Assembly (NCBI RefSeq): GCF_006345805.1
Contig: NC_042999.1
Coordinates: 49,600,001-49,664,000 of the forward strand
From: Octopus sinensis
Taxonomy: Eukaryota
DNA: 64,000 bases
Direction of reading: 5' to 3'
Below the pieces are notes generated by a model. It was not told the DNA's origin. It did not search any database and saw nothing but the letters and a program-made list of their open reading frames with translations. The translations under genes and the position numbers were made by a program. Shown here piece after piece: positions 63,391 to 64,000 of this stretch (its first letter is position 1; the number at the start of each line of letters is the position of its first letter).

Positions 63391-64000
63391 TTTTAAATTT
63401 ATAAATCATCGGTAATGTTAGTCGAAGTAATGAACGGGTAAAGGATATGTTGTAGGAAGGAGAATGAAAGTTAAAATATATGAACAATAGTATGAAATTA
63501 ACATCATCCCAGAGGCTGCAGGTTGGCAATGTCATTAAAGCATTGGATTGAATGTACACTGATTTCCAACTCTCTGCACACTGATTTCAAATCCCGGCCA
63601 GAATAATTTTGCTTTCACCCTTTTGGAAGTCAAAATACAAGTACTAATCTAGAGCAATGGATTGACAGAATTGTTCGTAGGGTGTTGGGCCAGATGCCTT
63701 GCGGAAGCTCTTTCGGCTGTTGTGGCAGCAACGCCTGCGAGGAACCTCATGCCAACTGTTTTGGCCCAAGTCTGTGGTTTTTCCGTTGTATATAGCGTGT
63801 AGAGAGGACACTTGCATTCACGGGCAACTGCCAGTCTTCCTCGAAAAATCTTACCTAAGCCTTCTCATGCAGATATATGGCCAGACTTGACACACAGAGG
63901 CCGTCTGAGTATCGTCTCGATCAGTAATAAAGGATATTATTATCATTATTATCAAATGGGAGAGTTCGATAGAGAATGACTAGTAGGCGGAAAATATAAA

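Overview
AT-rich, microsatellite-dense eukaryotic DNA. The SINE repertoire resembles that of Octopus (coleoid cephalopod); this is recognition from memory, not a database match. I could not identify any host protein-coding gene, so the window looks intronic or intergenic, and nearly all listed ORFs are microsatellite or repeat artefacts. It is packed with mobile elements: three tRNA-derived SINE groups, Tx1/L1-, RTE- and CR1-type LINE fragments, mariner, maT (DD37D), piggyBac-like and Helitron remnants, MITEs and Penelope-like pieces. The most striking unannotated signal is a set of hammerhead-ribozyme folds from about six different repeat families. These include an intact type I hammerhead repeated with a 546-nt period (34.46-35.8 kb), a minimal hammerhead with a swapped G3-C8 pair (53.75/54.1 kb) and a four-copy U4C family, most of them sitting in TA/CA microsatellites. 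Also notable: the 3' tails of three Tx1-like LINE fragments match the tail of the commonest SINE, an RTE-derived bipartite element sits in (TATG)n, and a fold-back MITE carries TTAGGG repeats. All folds and alignments were done by eye and none is experimentally tested.
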